Below are positions 36,341 through 48,916 of a stretch of DNA of 64,000 nucleotides, piece after piece; within the stretch, counting starts at the first letter, position 1, and each line of letters begins with the position of its first letter. Origin of the DNA: Mobula hypostoma. Its lineage: Eukaryota. The stretch lies in the NCBI RefSeq assembly GCF_963921235.1, contig NC_086108.1:46316001-46380000 (forward strand), written 5' to 3'. A model generated the notes under the pieces. That model saw only the letters and a list, made by a program, of their open reading frames with translations, was not told the DNA's origin and did not search any database. The position numbers and the translations under genes are program-made.

Positions 36341-37123
36341 GTATGCTGGCCTTCATAACAAGGGGAATTGAGCATAAGAGCAAAGAGGCCCTTCTGCAGC
36401 TGTACAGGGCCCTGGTGAGACCACACCTGGAGTACTGTGTGCAGTTTTGGTCTCCAAATTTGAGGAAGGACATTCTTGCTATTGAGGGAGTGCAGCGTAG
36501 GTTCACAAGGTTAATTCCCGGGATGGCGGGACTGTAATATGTCGAAAGATTGGAGTGACTGGGCTTGTATACTCTGGAATTTAGAAGGCTGAGAGGGGAT
36601 CTTATTGAAACATATAAGATTATTAAGGGAACATACATCAAAGTTGCTGGTGAACGCAGCAGGCCAAGCAGCATCTATAGGAAGAGGCGCAGTCGACGTT
36701 TCAGGCCGAGACCCTTCGTCAGGACTCAGGTTATCAGATTATTAAGGGATTGGACACGCTGGAGGCAGGAAGCATGTTCTCGCTGATGGCAGGAAGCATG
36801 TTCCCACTGATGGGTGAGTCCAGAACCAGAGGCCACAGTTTGAGAATAAGGGATAGGCCATTTAGAACGGAGTTAAGGAAAAATTTTTTCACCCAGAGAG
36901 TGGTGGATATATGGAATGCTCTGCCCCAGAAGGCTGTGGAGGCCAAGTCTCTGGATGCTTTCAAGAAAGAGATGGATAGAGCTCTTAAAAATAGCGGAAT
37001 CAAAGGTTATGGGGATAAGGCAGGAACTGGATACTGATTGTGGATGATTAGCCATGATCACAGTGAATGGCGGTGCTGGCTCGAAGGGCCGAATGGCCTA
37101 CTCCTGCACCTATTGTCTATTGT
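36341..37123 (+). mobile_element. CR1 3' fragment nested in the Rex1-like LINE
   Basis: LVRPHLEYCVQFWSP and FFTQRVVDIWNALP; flanked by CTTATG (36335-36340 / 37124-37129); removal restores KKEAYVRMLFLD. Confidence 0.9.
36631..36735 (-). mobile_element. 105-bp Penelope terminal mini-insertion with intact hammerhead (36691-36726)
   Basis: Exact 14-bp TSD AGATTATTAAGGGA (36617-36630 / 36736-36749). Confidence 0.88.
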
Positions 37124-40089
37124 CTTATGTGAGAATGCTGTTCTTGGACAACAGTTTAGCCTTCAACACCATAGTTCCATCTAGGCTTGACAGGAAGCTC
37201 AGAGATATTGGCCTTCACCCTGCCTTATGCAGCTGGATCCTGGACTTCCTGTCAGATCAGCGGCAGGTGGTAAGAATGAGATCCCTCACCTCCACCCCTC
37301 TGACTCTCAACACAGGGGCCCCTCAGGGCTGTGTACTAAGTCCCCTCCTTTACTCCCTACATACCCATGACTGTGTCACCATCCACAGCTCTAATCTGCT
37401 AACTAAATTTACCGACGACACTACATTGATTGACCTAATCACAAACAATAATGAGGTGGCCTACAGGGAAGAAGTCATCTCTCTGTCACAGTGGTGTCAA
37501 GAAAACAACCTGTCCCTCAATGTCACAAAAGCAAAGGAGCTGGTTGTGGACTAGAGATGGGCTAACCCCTATTGACATCAATGGATCTGGGGTTGAGGGC
37601 AAACTGTTTTAAGTTCCTCGGCATCCACATCACTGAGGACCTCATGTGGTCTGTACACACCAGCTGTGTGGTGAAAAAGGCACAACAGCACCCCTTTCAC
37701 CTCAGACAGTTGAGGAAGTTTGGTATGGGCCCCCAAAGCCTAAAAACTTCCTACAGGGGCACAAATGAGAGCATCCTGACCGGCTGCATCACTGCCTGGT
37801 ATGGGAACCGTACTTCCCTCAATCGCAGGACTCTGCAGAGAGTGGTGCGGACAGCCCAGCGCATCTGTAGATGTGAACTTCCCACTATTCAGGACATTTA
37901 CATAGACAGGTGTGTAAAAAGGGATTGAAGGGTCACTGGGGACCTGAGTCATCCCAACCACAATCTACTCCAGCTGCTGCCATCCGGGAAACAGTACCGC
38001 AGCATAAAAGCCAGGACCAACAGGCTCAGGGACAGCTTCTTCCACCAGGCCATCAGACTGATAAACTCACGCTGATTTGAGTGTATTCTATGTTACATTG
38101 ACTGTTCTATTTATTATAAATTAGTACTATGATTGCACATTGCACATTGTGGAGAGGTAACATAAAGATTTTTACTCCTCATGTATGTGAGGGATGTAAG
38201 AAATAAAGTCAATTCAATTCAATTCACTAGCAGTGTGCCAGATGTTGTAGTGTGTAAAGGAAGAGAAGTGGTGCTCAAAAAGCTGAAAAACCCAAAGGTA
38301 CATAAGTCACCCAAACCAGAGGAACTGTACCCAAGGGTTCTGAAAGAGGTAGCGTTAGAGATTGTAGTGGCATTCGAAATGATCTCTCAAAAATCTTCAG
38401 ACTCTGGCAAGGTGCCAGGAGACTAGAAATTGCAAATGTTTAAGAAAGGAGGAAGGCAGCAGAAAGGAAATTATAGACCAGTTGACCTGACTTCAGTGGT
38501 TGGGAAGATGTCAATTGTTAAGGATGAGGTGATGAAGTGCTTGGTGATACAGGACAAGATAGGACAAGGTCAGCAAGTTTTCCTTAAGGGAAAATCTTGC
38601 CTGACAAATCTGTTGGAATTCTTTGAGGAGATTTCAAGCAGGATAGATAAAGGGGATGCAGTGGATATTCTATATTTGGACTTTCAGAAGGCCTTTGGCA
38701 AGGTGCCACACACGAGGCTGCTTACCAAGTTAAGAGTCCGTAGTATTACGGGAAAGTTACTAACATGGTTAAAGCATTAGCTGATTGGAAGGAGGCAGCG
38801 AGTGGGAATAAAAGGATCCATTTCTGGTTGTCTGCCAGTGACTAGTGGTGTTCCGCAGGGGTTGGTGTTGGGACCACTTCTTTTTAGGCTGTATAAAAAT
38901 GACTTAGATGATGAAATAGATGGCTTTGTTGTCAAGTTTGCAGATGATACGAAGATCGGTGGAGGGGCAGGTAGTGTTGAGGAAACAGGTAGGATGCAGA
39001 AGGACTTAGACAGATTAGGAGAATGGGCAAGAAAATGGCAGATGGAATATACTGTTGGAAAATGCATGGTCATCCATTTTGGTAGTAGAAATAAATGTGC
39101 GGACTATTTTCTAAATGGGGAGAAAATCCCAAACATCTGAGATGCAAAGAGACTTAGGAGTCCTTATGCAGAACACCCTGAAGGTTAACTTGCAGGTTGA
39201 GTCAGTGGTGAGGAAGGCAAATGCAATATTAGCATTAATTTCAAGAGGTCTAGAATACAAGAGTAGGGATGTGATGCTGAGGCTTTACAAGGCACTGGTG
39301 AGGTCTCACCTTGAGTATTGTGAACAGTTTTGGGCTCCTCATCTAAGAAAAGATGTGCTGTCATTACAGAGGGTCCAGAGGAGGTTCACAAGGATGATTC
39401 CAGGAATGAAAGGGTTATCATACGAGGAATGTTTGATGGCTCTGGGTCTGTACTCACTGGAATTTAGAAAGATGAGGGGGGAATCTCATTGAAGCCTTTC
39501 GAATGTTGAAAGGCTTAGACAGAGTAGATGTGGAAAGTATGTTTCCCATGGTGGGGGAGGCTAGGATAAGAGGGCACAGCCTCAGGATAGAGGAGTGTCC
39601 TTTCAAAACAGAGATGCGAAGAAAATTCTTTTGCTAGAAGGTGGTGAATTTGTGTAGTTTGTTGCCACGTGCAGTTGTGGAGGCCAGGTCGTTGGGTATA
39701 TTTAAGGCAGAGATTGATAGATTCTTGACTGGACATGGCATCAAAGGTTACAGGGAGAAGGCCAGGAAATGAGGTTGAGGAGAAGAAAAAATAGGATCAG
39801 CCATGATAGAATGGCGGAGCAGACTCGATGAGCCAAATGGCCTAATTCCTGTTCCTATGTCTTATGTTCTTATGGTCTTATAGACTGACAGATTAATTGC
39901 CCTTTGAGTATTAGTGAGTGGTGGAAAACAGGGGGAGCTAACAGGATTGATATATGCTCGTTGGGCTGGGTGAGCTGAAGGACCTGTTTCTGTGCTGTAT
40001 GACTCCGTGACTTTGAGTTAATTCTACATGTGAGACCCACATCAGAATTGCTTGACTCCAGCTTTATAGATTTCTCTTTCATTACCAGC

Positions 40090-41198
40090 AAGATGCCGCA
40101 AATGAGGCTGCTGAACAAGATAAGAGACCACAGGGGTACAGGAACGTGGACAGAAGACTAGCTGACTAGTAGGAGGCAAAGAATGGGAATAAAAGGTTTT
40201 ATCTTCTGGTTGGCTGCAGGTGACTAGTGGTGTTCCACATGGGCTGGTGTTGGGTCTGCTGCTTTTCACATTGTACGTGAATGGTCTGGATGATGGTCTT
40301 GTGAGCCAGTTTGCAGATGATATAAAGACAGGCGGAGGGCAAGTAATGCTAAGGAAGCAGGGAATCTGCAGAAGGACTTGAATGGATTAGGAGAATAGGC
40401 AAAGAGATTGCAGATGGAATACACTGCAGATAAGTGTATGGCCACGTACTTTGGTAGAAGGAATAAAAGTGTAGGCTGTTTTCTAAATGGGGAGAAAATT
40501 TAGAAATTTGAGGTGCAAAAGGATTTGGGAGATACATGGCAGAATTCCCTAAAGGTTACTTTGTAGGTTGAGTCAGTAGTAAGGAAGGCAAAGCAATGTT
40601 AGCGTTCATTCCAAGAGGACTAGACTATAGAAGCAAGGGTATAATGCTGAGATTTTATAAGTCATTTGTCTGATCACATTTGGAATATTGTAAGCTGTTT
40701 TGGGCCCCATATCTAAGAAAGGATATTCTGGCATTGGAGGGGTTGAGAAGAGGTTTACAAGATTGATCCCAGGAATGAAAGGATTAATGTGAGGACTGGT
40801 TGATGGCTCTGTATACTCACTGGGGTTCTTAAGCATGAAGTAGGATGTCATTGAAACGAAATGAACATTGAAAGGCCTACAAAGGATTCTTCCAAGACTG
40901 GAAAGTCTAGGATCGGAGAGTACTAAATCAGCATAGAAAAATGTCATTTCAGAACAGAGATGAGGAGGAATTTCTTTAGGAGGCGGGTGGTGAATCTGTG
41001 GAATTCATTGCTACTGTTGGCTGTGGAGGCCAGGTCATTGGGTACGTTTATAGTAGAGGTTAATTAGTAAGGGCATCAAAGATTGCAGTGAGAAGACAGG
41101 AAATTGTGCGTTGAGTGGGAAAATAAATTAGCATGATCGAATGGTGCAACAGACTTGACAGGCCAAATGGCCTAATTCTGCTTTTATGTCTTATGTCT
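40090..41198 (+). mobile_element. CR1-clade LINE 3' portion, degenerate
   Basis: GTGACTAGTGGTGTTCCAC (VTSGVP), TTTGCAGATGAT (FADD), TTATGTCTTATGTCTTA tail. Confidence 0.85.
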
Positions 41199-41567
41199 TA
41201 CATATAGGTATTCTGGGATTTCACTGACCACTTTTTGCAAGGAAAAAGACATTTCTGTATGACATTTGACACATGGTTTATTCATAAAGATATAATGAAA
41301 AAATCAAGGCAACATAGAATAGAATTAAATTCTAATAAACAAGCTTGGATGTTATTTCTCCAAAGACTATGGGAGTAAATTAGCTTGACTTTGTTCTTCA
41401 ATAAATGCTTCAAGTCCACTGTGTTGGAAAGTCTTTGTTCTCTTCCTAGCTGGAATGAAAGGGAAATGAAGTATAGGAAATGATGGAGACATATGTGGTT
41501 CTGAAACAGAAATCTGTGAGCTTATCAGATGAGGCAAAAGATGTTTTTATTAAGTTGAAACTATATC

Positions 41568-41849
41568 TGTCACGTACCCCGTGACGGGGGTTAAGAAACC
41601 AGCAGAGATGGAAAACACTTTGGAGTCCAGTATTGCTATAAACTAATAATATTTATTAGTAACTACACAATACAGTAATATAAATGTAGATAAATCAAAC
41701 AGGTTAGCAATGATTATATATAAAAGTAAGTGTGGAATATATATATATGAAAAAACTAAGCTTCTTTAAGTCTAGGGGTAAAAAGATACAGTCTTACGAT
41801 GTTGAGTAAAGTTCAGTTCAGTTCAGTTCGTGCTATTTAGTTGAGTAGT

Positions 41850-41918
<69 letters not shown>

Positions 41919-42583
41919 GAGTCTTCAGGTGAGCTGATGCTGTCGATCTTCTCGTCGTCCTCAGAAATCCTTTACAAGTCACCGACTGTGACTTTAACCA
42001 GGGGGACTGGTCTTCTGTGGTGGAGCTATCACCCAGGTGAGGATGGACACATAGACAACTCCCCACCAGTCAACTCCTTCTTCACCGTTGGAATAGCAAT
42101 TTGGATTGATCTGCCTGATCAATCCTCCAAAATCCACTTTCTCTGCGGGCACAACAATGCTCATTCAGTGTCCAGATCATGTGTCTGAGGTCTGTATCAT
42201 CTGACCTCTCATTTATTTCACCAGGCTGAGCATCACCTGTCATTCAAAGAGTCCCTCCGTCCTTTGTCTGTAAAGGAGTGCACAAGCAGGCACCAAGTCC
42301 TTGGAAGTAACATGAACAATCTGCCTTTGGTCACCATAGCAACCTTCGAGCTGCTTGGTGCTGTCTCCAACTCCAAACTCAGTAGAAGTCCAAAGTTACT
42401 TCCAATGCCTTAAAGTGACAGTCCAACTGTTGATCTTCGTCTCTCTCTCTCTCTCTCTCTCTCTTTTCAAAAGCAACATATCAGTGGTAAGTAACTCTGT
42501 CTCTCTCTCCTTTCCAAACAAACCATCAATGATAAATGTCTCTCTCGAAACAGTTAATGGGGGCACTCCAGGATCCCCTCACA
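41568..42583 (-). mobile_element. Solo LTR (1016 bp) related to 14964-15796
   Basis: TGTCAC...CTCACA termini; exact 5-bp TSD ATATC (41563-41567 / 42584-42588); shares TGTYACGTACCCCGTRAC start, AGTTCAGTTCAGTT and (GA)n. Confidence 0.85.
41854..41916 (+). repeat. (GA)n microsatellite within solo LTR
   Basis: About 31 uninterrupted GA units. Confidence 0.95.
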
Positions 42584-43724
42584 ATATCATTTATGTCAAG
42601 CTTACCTTGCAGAACTCCAGTTCAACTGTAAAAGTCTATCCTTGCTCAAGTATCTCTACATACTGATAAAATTCTGGTCATAAGCAAACATAATTATACA
42701 GTTGTTATCTTTACTTAACAGGAAGAGATTACCATGAGTATAGAGAAAATGACCTGAAGATGTGCTCAAAGATCTCTACTGACTCAAAGGCTTTGGCCAA
42801 TGACAGGGCAAAATTAGAGGAGGAGCATTTGGAAAGGTATTTACAATGTTATGCCCCTGCCTTGGGAGCATACAGAAGCCCTGTATAAAAGGTGAAGTCG
42901 AAGAGCCTGTGTTTATCATCAGGATATCATCAGTCACCTCAGATCCCACAAAACTGGAATAAAATTCAGTCTCAAAGTTCAAAGTTCAAAATAAATTTAG
43001 TATCAAAGTGGATATATATCCTAATGAAAGAAGAAAATAGAATAAAGAAGAAGCAGAAGAAAGAAAAGAGCTTCCTTAATCACTCAAGTTTGAAAGAGAT
43101 TGTTTTGCCCTTGATCCTTGAACTTTAATTGGATAGATTTAAGGAACAAAGGGATCTTCTCTTTACTGGGACAAGAAACAGAGCAACAATGTGTGCTAGA
43201 GGGGTAGAACTTGGGCTGGAATAGGGAAATGCCAGGTTCAATTATGCAGAGAAGACTCTGAGAGCAGAATCTCTACTAATCCCAAACGTTAACAGTTCTG
43301 ACAAAAGACTGTGTATACCTTTCTGTGTCACTGGCCATCAGAGGATCCGGCATGTTGTTGGCTGCAGCAGACTTGGAGTCCCAGATTCCCATACTGTTGA
43401 ATACAGAAGGAGAATCTTCCAAGGGCCCAAGCTGAAATTATGGCCAGACCTCCTAAAGAAATAAATCTGTCTTTTTTTAAGCATTTCTTAATAAAGATGG
43501 AAATCCCTTTTTCTGCAGGTGTTCAGAAAGATACCACTAAATAGGAATACAGAGCAATGAATCTATTAAAATCCTAAAGCTTAATGAAATTAGCTGGTTT
43601 AAGGAGTATTTCAAAAAAGAGATTAAGACAGAGGAATTTTAAAGCAACTCCCAGAAGTGTTGCACAGGAGCCTGCCATCTTATGTCGGTACATTGATAGA
43701 AAACATCACAAGTCATGATAAATA

Positions 43725-44760
43725 ATCAGAATCAGGTTTATTATCACCGGCACGTGTCATGAAATTTGTTGACTTAGCATCAGCAGTTCAATGCAATACA
43801 TAATATAAAAGAAGAAATAAATAAATAAATAAATAAATACATTGCAGTATACATATGTTGAATAGATTAACAATCATGCAAAAAACAGAAATAATATATA
43901 TTTAAAAAGTGAGACAGTGCTCATGGGTTCAGTGTCTATTTAGGAATTGAATGACAGAGGGGAAGAAGCTGTTCCTGAATCGCTGAGTGTGTGCCTTCAG
44001 GTTTCTGTATCTCCTACCTGATGGTAACAGTGAGAAAAGGGCATTCCCTGGGTTCTGGAGGTCCTTAATAATGGACACTGCCTTTCTGAGACACTGCTCC
44101 TTTAAGACGTCCTGGGTACTTTGTAAGCTAGTACCCAAGATGGAGCTGACTAAATTTACAACCCTCTGCAGCTTCTTTCAGTCCTGTGCTGCAGCCCCTC
44201 CATACCAGACATTGATGCAGCCTGTCAGAATGCTCTGCCTGGTACAACTATAGAAGTTTTTGAGTGTATTTGTTGACATACAAAATCTCTTCAAACTCCT
44301 AATGAAGTATAGTCACTGCCTTGCTTTCTTTATAACTGCATTGATATGTTGGGACCAGGTTAAGTCCTCAGAGATCTTGACACCCAGGAACTTGAAACTG
44401 TTCATTCTCTCCACTTCTGCTCCCTCCATGAGGATTTGCATGTGCTCCTTCGTCTTACCCTTCCTGAAGTCCACAATCAGCTCTTTCGTCTTACTGATGT
44501 TGAGTGCCAGGTTGTTGCTGTGGTACCACTCCACTAGTTGGCATATCTCGCTCTTGTCTGCCCTCTCGTCACCACCTGAGATGCTTCCAACAATGGTTGT
44601 ATCATCAGCAAATGTATAGATGGTATTTGAGCTATGTCTAGCCACACAATCATGGGTATAGAGAGAGTAGAGCAGTGGGCTAAGCACAAGCCCCTGAGGT
44701 GCACCAGTGTTGATTGTCAGCAAGGAGGAGACATCGTCACCAATCTGCACAGATTATGAT
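43725..44760 (-). mobile_element. Rex1/Babar-like LINE 3' portion
   Basis: ORF 44313-44750 has TGAPQGLVLSPLLYSLYTHDC, FADDTT and KTKELIVDFRK; ORF 43929-44138 has LLPSGRRYR..NSFFP. Confidence 0.9.
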
Positions 44761-44934
44761 GAGATTTACTCATGAGGTCATTTTCTATCATTGATCTATT
44801 TTCCAGAATGTCTCAATTTATTCACCTTTGTCCTGGGCAGCCTGATTATCCTTTGTGTACTTAACATTTCTGAAATCCAATCCTACTTTCAGGAGACAGG
44901 GAAGGTGAGGAAAAAATTGCCTCCTTGAATCTGT

Positions 44935-45988
44935 AAGTGAACATTTGACACTGGCAGTCTGTGGCGAGTGGGATGCCGCAGGGGCTGGTGCGGGGCCTGC
45001 AGCTGTTTACCATTTACATTAATGATTTGGAGGAGGGGACTGAGTGTAGCGTAGCAAAATTTGCTGATGACAGTAAACTGAGTGGAAAAGCAAATTGTAC
45101 AGAGGATGTGAGGAGTCTGCAGAGGGATATAGATAGGTTTAGTGAGTGAGCCAAGGTCTGGTAGGTGGAATACAGCATTGGAATACAGCGAGATCATCCA
45201 CTTTGGAAGGAATAATAGAAGAGCAGATTATTATTTAAATGGTGAAAGACTGCTGCATGCTGTTGTGCAGATGGACTTGGGAGTGCTTGTTCATGAATCG
45301 CAGAACGTTGGCTTGCAGGTACAACAGGTTATTAAGAAGGCCAACAGAATGTTGGCCGTCATTGCTAGGGGGATTGAATTCAAAAGCTGGGAGGTCATGC
45401 TGCAACTATACAGGGTACTGGTGAGGCCGCACCTGGAGTACCGTGTGTAGTTCTGGTCTCCATACTTGAGGAAGGATATACTGGCTTTGGAGGCAGTGCA
45501 GAGGAGGTTCACCAGGTTGATTCCAGGGATGAAGGGGTTAACCTATGAGGAGAGATGGAGTCACCTGGGACTATACTCTCTGGAGTTTAGAAGAATGAGA
45601 GGGGATCTTATAGAAACATAAAATTTTGAAAGGAATAGATAAGATAGAAGTAGGAAAGTTGTTTCCATTGGTAGGTGAGACTAGAACTAGGGGACATTGC
45701 CTCAAGATCCAGGGGAGAAGATTTAGGATGTAGATGAGAAGGAACTATTTTTCCCATAGAGTGGTGAATCTGTGGAATTCTTTGCCCAGGGAAGCAGTTG
45801 AGGCTTCCTCACTAAATATATTTAAGAAACCGTTGGATAGATTTTTACATAGTAAGGGAATTAAGGGTTATGGGGAAAAGACAGGTAGATGGAGCTGACT
45901 TTACGGACAGATCAGCCATGATCTTATTGAATGGCGGGGCAGGCTCAATGGGCCAGATGGCCTACTCCTGCTCCTATTTCTTATGTTC
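44935..45988 (+). mobile_element. CR1-clade LINE 3' portion
   Basis: SGMPQG, YINDLEEG, KFADDSK and LVRPHLEY. Confidence 0.92.
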
Positions 45989-48916
45989 AATAAAGGGATC
46001 ATAGAATTAGTAAATGAAAAATAGAAGCTTTTTTTCTCAATTATGCACAAATATTCTTCTGAATGTGAATTTGCTTATCCGTATGGGAACTTTTGTCCTT
46101 TCCCTGCTGAGGGTGAGGACTCATTGTGAGGTATAGTTCCAGATCCGCTGTTCTGTGGCAGACGCATTACATCCTCAACATCCGGTGAATAATTTAACAT
46201 ATGTGATGAATTGGAAAACTTGGTGAAAGATAAAGCTGCTAATATAGTGAAACAACATTATATAAGCAATTATTTATCTCATGATGTCACAAACATTACC
46301 ACATTCTGCTAAAAAAAGGTTTCAAATGATAAAAGAAGTCATCCAAATAAGGATATTTCTCATAATCTTTGATCAAAATGCATCTTCTCGTATTAATTTG
46401 CATCCTGCATGGTTCTTCTGCGTCATTTCCACTTTGTTGGGCATAGATAAGAAGAAATAAATGGGAGACGCTGGCAATGTGCAATAAGATGGTTAAAACT
46501 AGGAGTATAGTAGTATCTAAAGTATACAAGCTGCATGTGAAGGTAAAAAACAATTCTGTTGGAACTCAGAAGGCTGAGCAGCATCTGTGGGGAAATGGAT
46601 TGTTGATGTGTTGGGTCAAGACCCTGCATCAAGGCTGGTGTGAGTACGTACTCTGCCGTGCCTCATTGACTATGGAACATGGCCCTTCAAGGTTCATCCT
46701 TCACCTATTCTCTGTTGCTGACTCATTGCTTCATAATTTCCTCTGCCTGGCCCAATGTGTCCTTCGTTGGGGATCTTTCTCAAATTGCACCACCTCGTTA
46801 TTCTGCATTGATTTTTAAAGATCAATTCCTTTTTAAGGCACATAACTTCCAAGCTTCAGGGGCCCTACTCAGTGCTTCCTTCTGTTGTTCATGTGTCTGG
46901 GGCCACTCTCATTTCAACACACCTTTGGAAGCCCAAAGTATATTGTATAGGATAAAATTAACAATCCCATCTGGGAGAAGAACTGGAGTTAGTTATGGGG
47001 TTTTCACCATTACGTTGGAAGAACCAAACAGAAAGAAAAATGTTCTAGTCCATCAATCTGGCATGGGCTCTTTGAAAGGACTATCCACCTGGTCCCTCAC
47101 TCTTGACGTTTCCATATTAGCTTACCCACTTTTCTTTCTCCTTTATGTATTGAACGTTCATTTCTCTTTGAGTACCCAATTTCAAAATTCACCTCTATGG
47201 ATACTGGAGATGATAGTGAGATGAAAAAGACTCGCATGATGTATTAGGGGTGGGTTAAGATATTCTTCCACTGCATGGGTGAGATGCAAATGTAAATTCA
47301 GAAATCTACACTGCTGGAATTATGCTCCCACAATGAGGCCAAGAATATGGATAAAGTTGGTGAATCAAAAATGTTATGCTTGGTACTCAGCTGGATGTTC
47401 TATGTGGTAAGTGAGTAGGTAATCCTAGATGAGTACACACAGAAACAGGTCATCCACCTAACCAATCTGCACAGGCCCCTAGACTCCACACATTCACACA
47501 TCCTTCTATTCTTTGCCCTACATGAATTGATTTACCTACCCCTTAAATGTGCCAAATGTGCTTTCTACAGGACATGTGTATCTGCTGGTAGGTTAGTTAA
47601 CAGGATCAGATACATTGACACCACCCTGAGTACTGTACATTTATGCTGAGCTGGCAGAGAGCTCTCTATAAATGAACATCAGATAAATTGTGCTTACCTT
47701 TGAGAACTCAACACACACTAAAACTAATAGAAACAGATGTTCAGTATATCATATCATTTTTAGTTCTCGCCTGCTGCTTACAATATCAACAAAAATATTT
47801 ATCTCAACCCTACCCTAACCTAAAGGGATTAAGTAATCAGCTACCATTTCAGCTCCAGTTGCATGTAGCGCTAGGATGTCCAACAGGAAATGGGTATAGA
47901 GGCATTTATTTGGACAGAAAACGCATTTCCCTTCCTTATCAGAAAATAAAACAGTTCTTGGCTGTGTCTGGAAATCATTATCAAACAGAGGAAATGTCTT
48001 CTGTCAACATCTGTTTTTTTTAAGCATCCAGTAAGAAGGCAGCTCCTCCAATGTCACAATGGAAAATGCATCATCCAGTCTGAAATGAATACACACAGGA
48101 CAGTCTCGACAAGGCATTTCAGCCAAGATGGCAATGGAAATTTCCCACCTCAGGAGGAAGAAATCTGGCGACTTCAAGCTTTGCCACGGCACCAACTGAC
48201 TCCTGCTTGTCACTTCAGGATATGGTGATGCTGCCTATGTGATGATTGTTTGTTGGCACACGCGATCAGACATTATGGCGATGGCGCTGTGTGATTGTAC
48301 AATCAATTGGTGTAGTAATGCTGTTCCTCTGATTGTTCAACTGGTACAGCTCACCACAAAGCTTTGCTGATTACAACAGTCACATTCTTTCCTTAACAGA
48401 GTCGTGAACATGATAAAATACCCCAAGCTTCTTAAGTCAAATCACTGAAAAAGTTTGATCCTTATCCCAAGATTTAAGCTAGTTGATCAAAAGATTGGCC
48501 AAAAAGCTGAATTTAAGGGACGTTTTTTAAAAAGAGTGAGGGAAATGAGAGACAAGGAGGAATCTGAAGGAAATTTGGAGTTAAATTCGTTAATGTCCAT
48601 CAATGGTGAATGGTAGGATATAAGATTGACCAAAATCCACCTTTGGAGAACCCAAGCAATCTCTCAGAACTATGGTAAATGGATTAAGGCAGATCTGAGA
48701 TGGCAATGTTATTGGATTGGAGGATTGTTAAAGTGTAAATTTGGATATCACTGTTTCAAATTGCCTAGTTCAGACTAAGACACTGGCATGAAAAGGGAAT
48801 GGAATTGTTGGGTAGGGAACACAGGAACCAAACATTATGACTTTGCAATATCCAATTGGCAAAAATTTCATCTCAACTAATGCTGGATCTCATTCAAACA
48901 GGCAATGAATGCAATA

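Larger units (their letters stand above)
35055..38226 (+). mobile_element. Rex1/Babar-like LINE (APE endonuclease end + RT)
   Basis: AAFIVAGGFN, TRGGNTLDHCY, DHSSILL, YVRMLFLDNSLAFNTIVP, TGAPQGCVLSPLLYSLHTHDC, KFTDDT; ends AATAAAGT(CAATT)n. Confidence 0.9.
34655..39880 (+). mobile_element. CR1-clade LINE (long ORF2 remnant), interrupted at 35052-38226
   Basis: PWLTREGKANVKTKERAY, KSFLKSVK, FKKGGRQQKGNYRPVDLTSVVGK, KSCLTNLLEFF, LDFQKAF, SGVPQG, FADDTK; tail TCTTATGTTCTTATGGTCTTAT. Flanked by the two halves of a V-SINE (34505-34645 and 39880-40005). Confidence 0.92.

Noticed and set aside
41841..42188. ER-repeat ORF
   Set aside because: Translation of a (GA)n microsatellite inside a solo LTR.
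46477..47224. ORFs of 113 and 181 aa
   Set aside because: No recognisable domain or exon-like splice context, and the start overlaps degenerate repeat sequence; likely chance.
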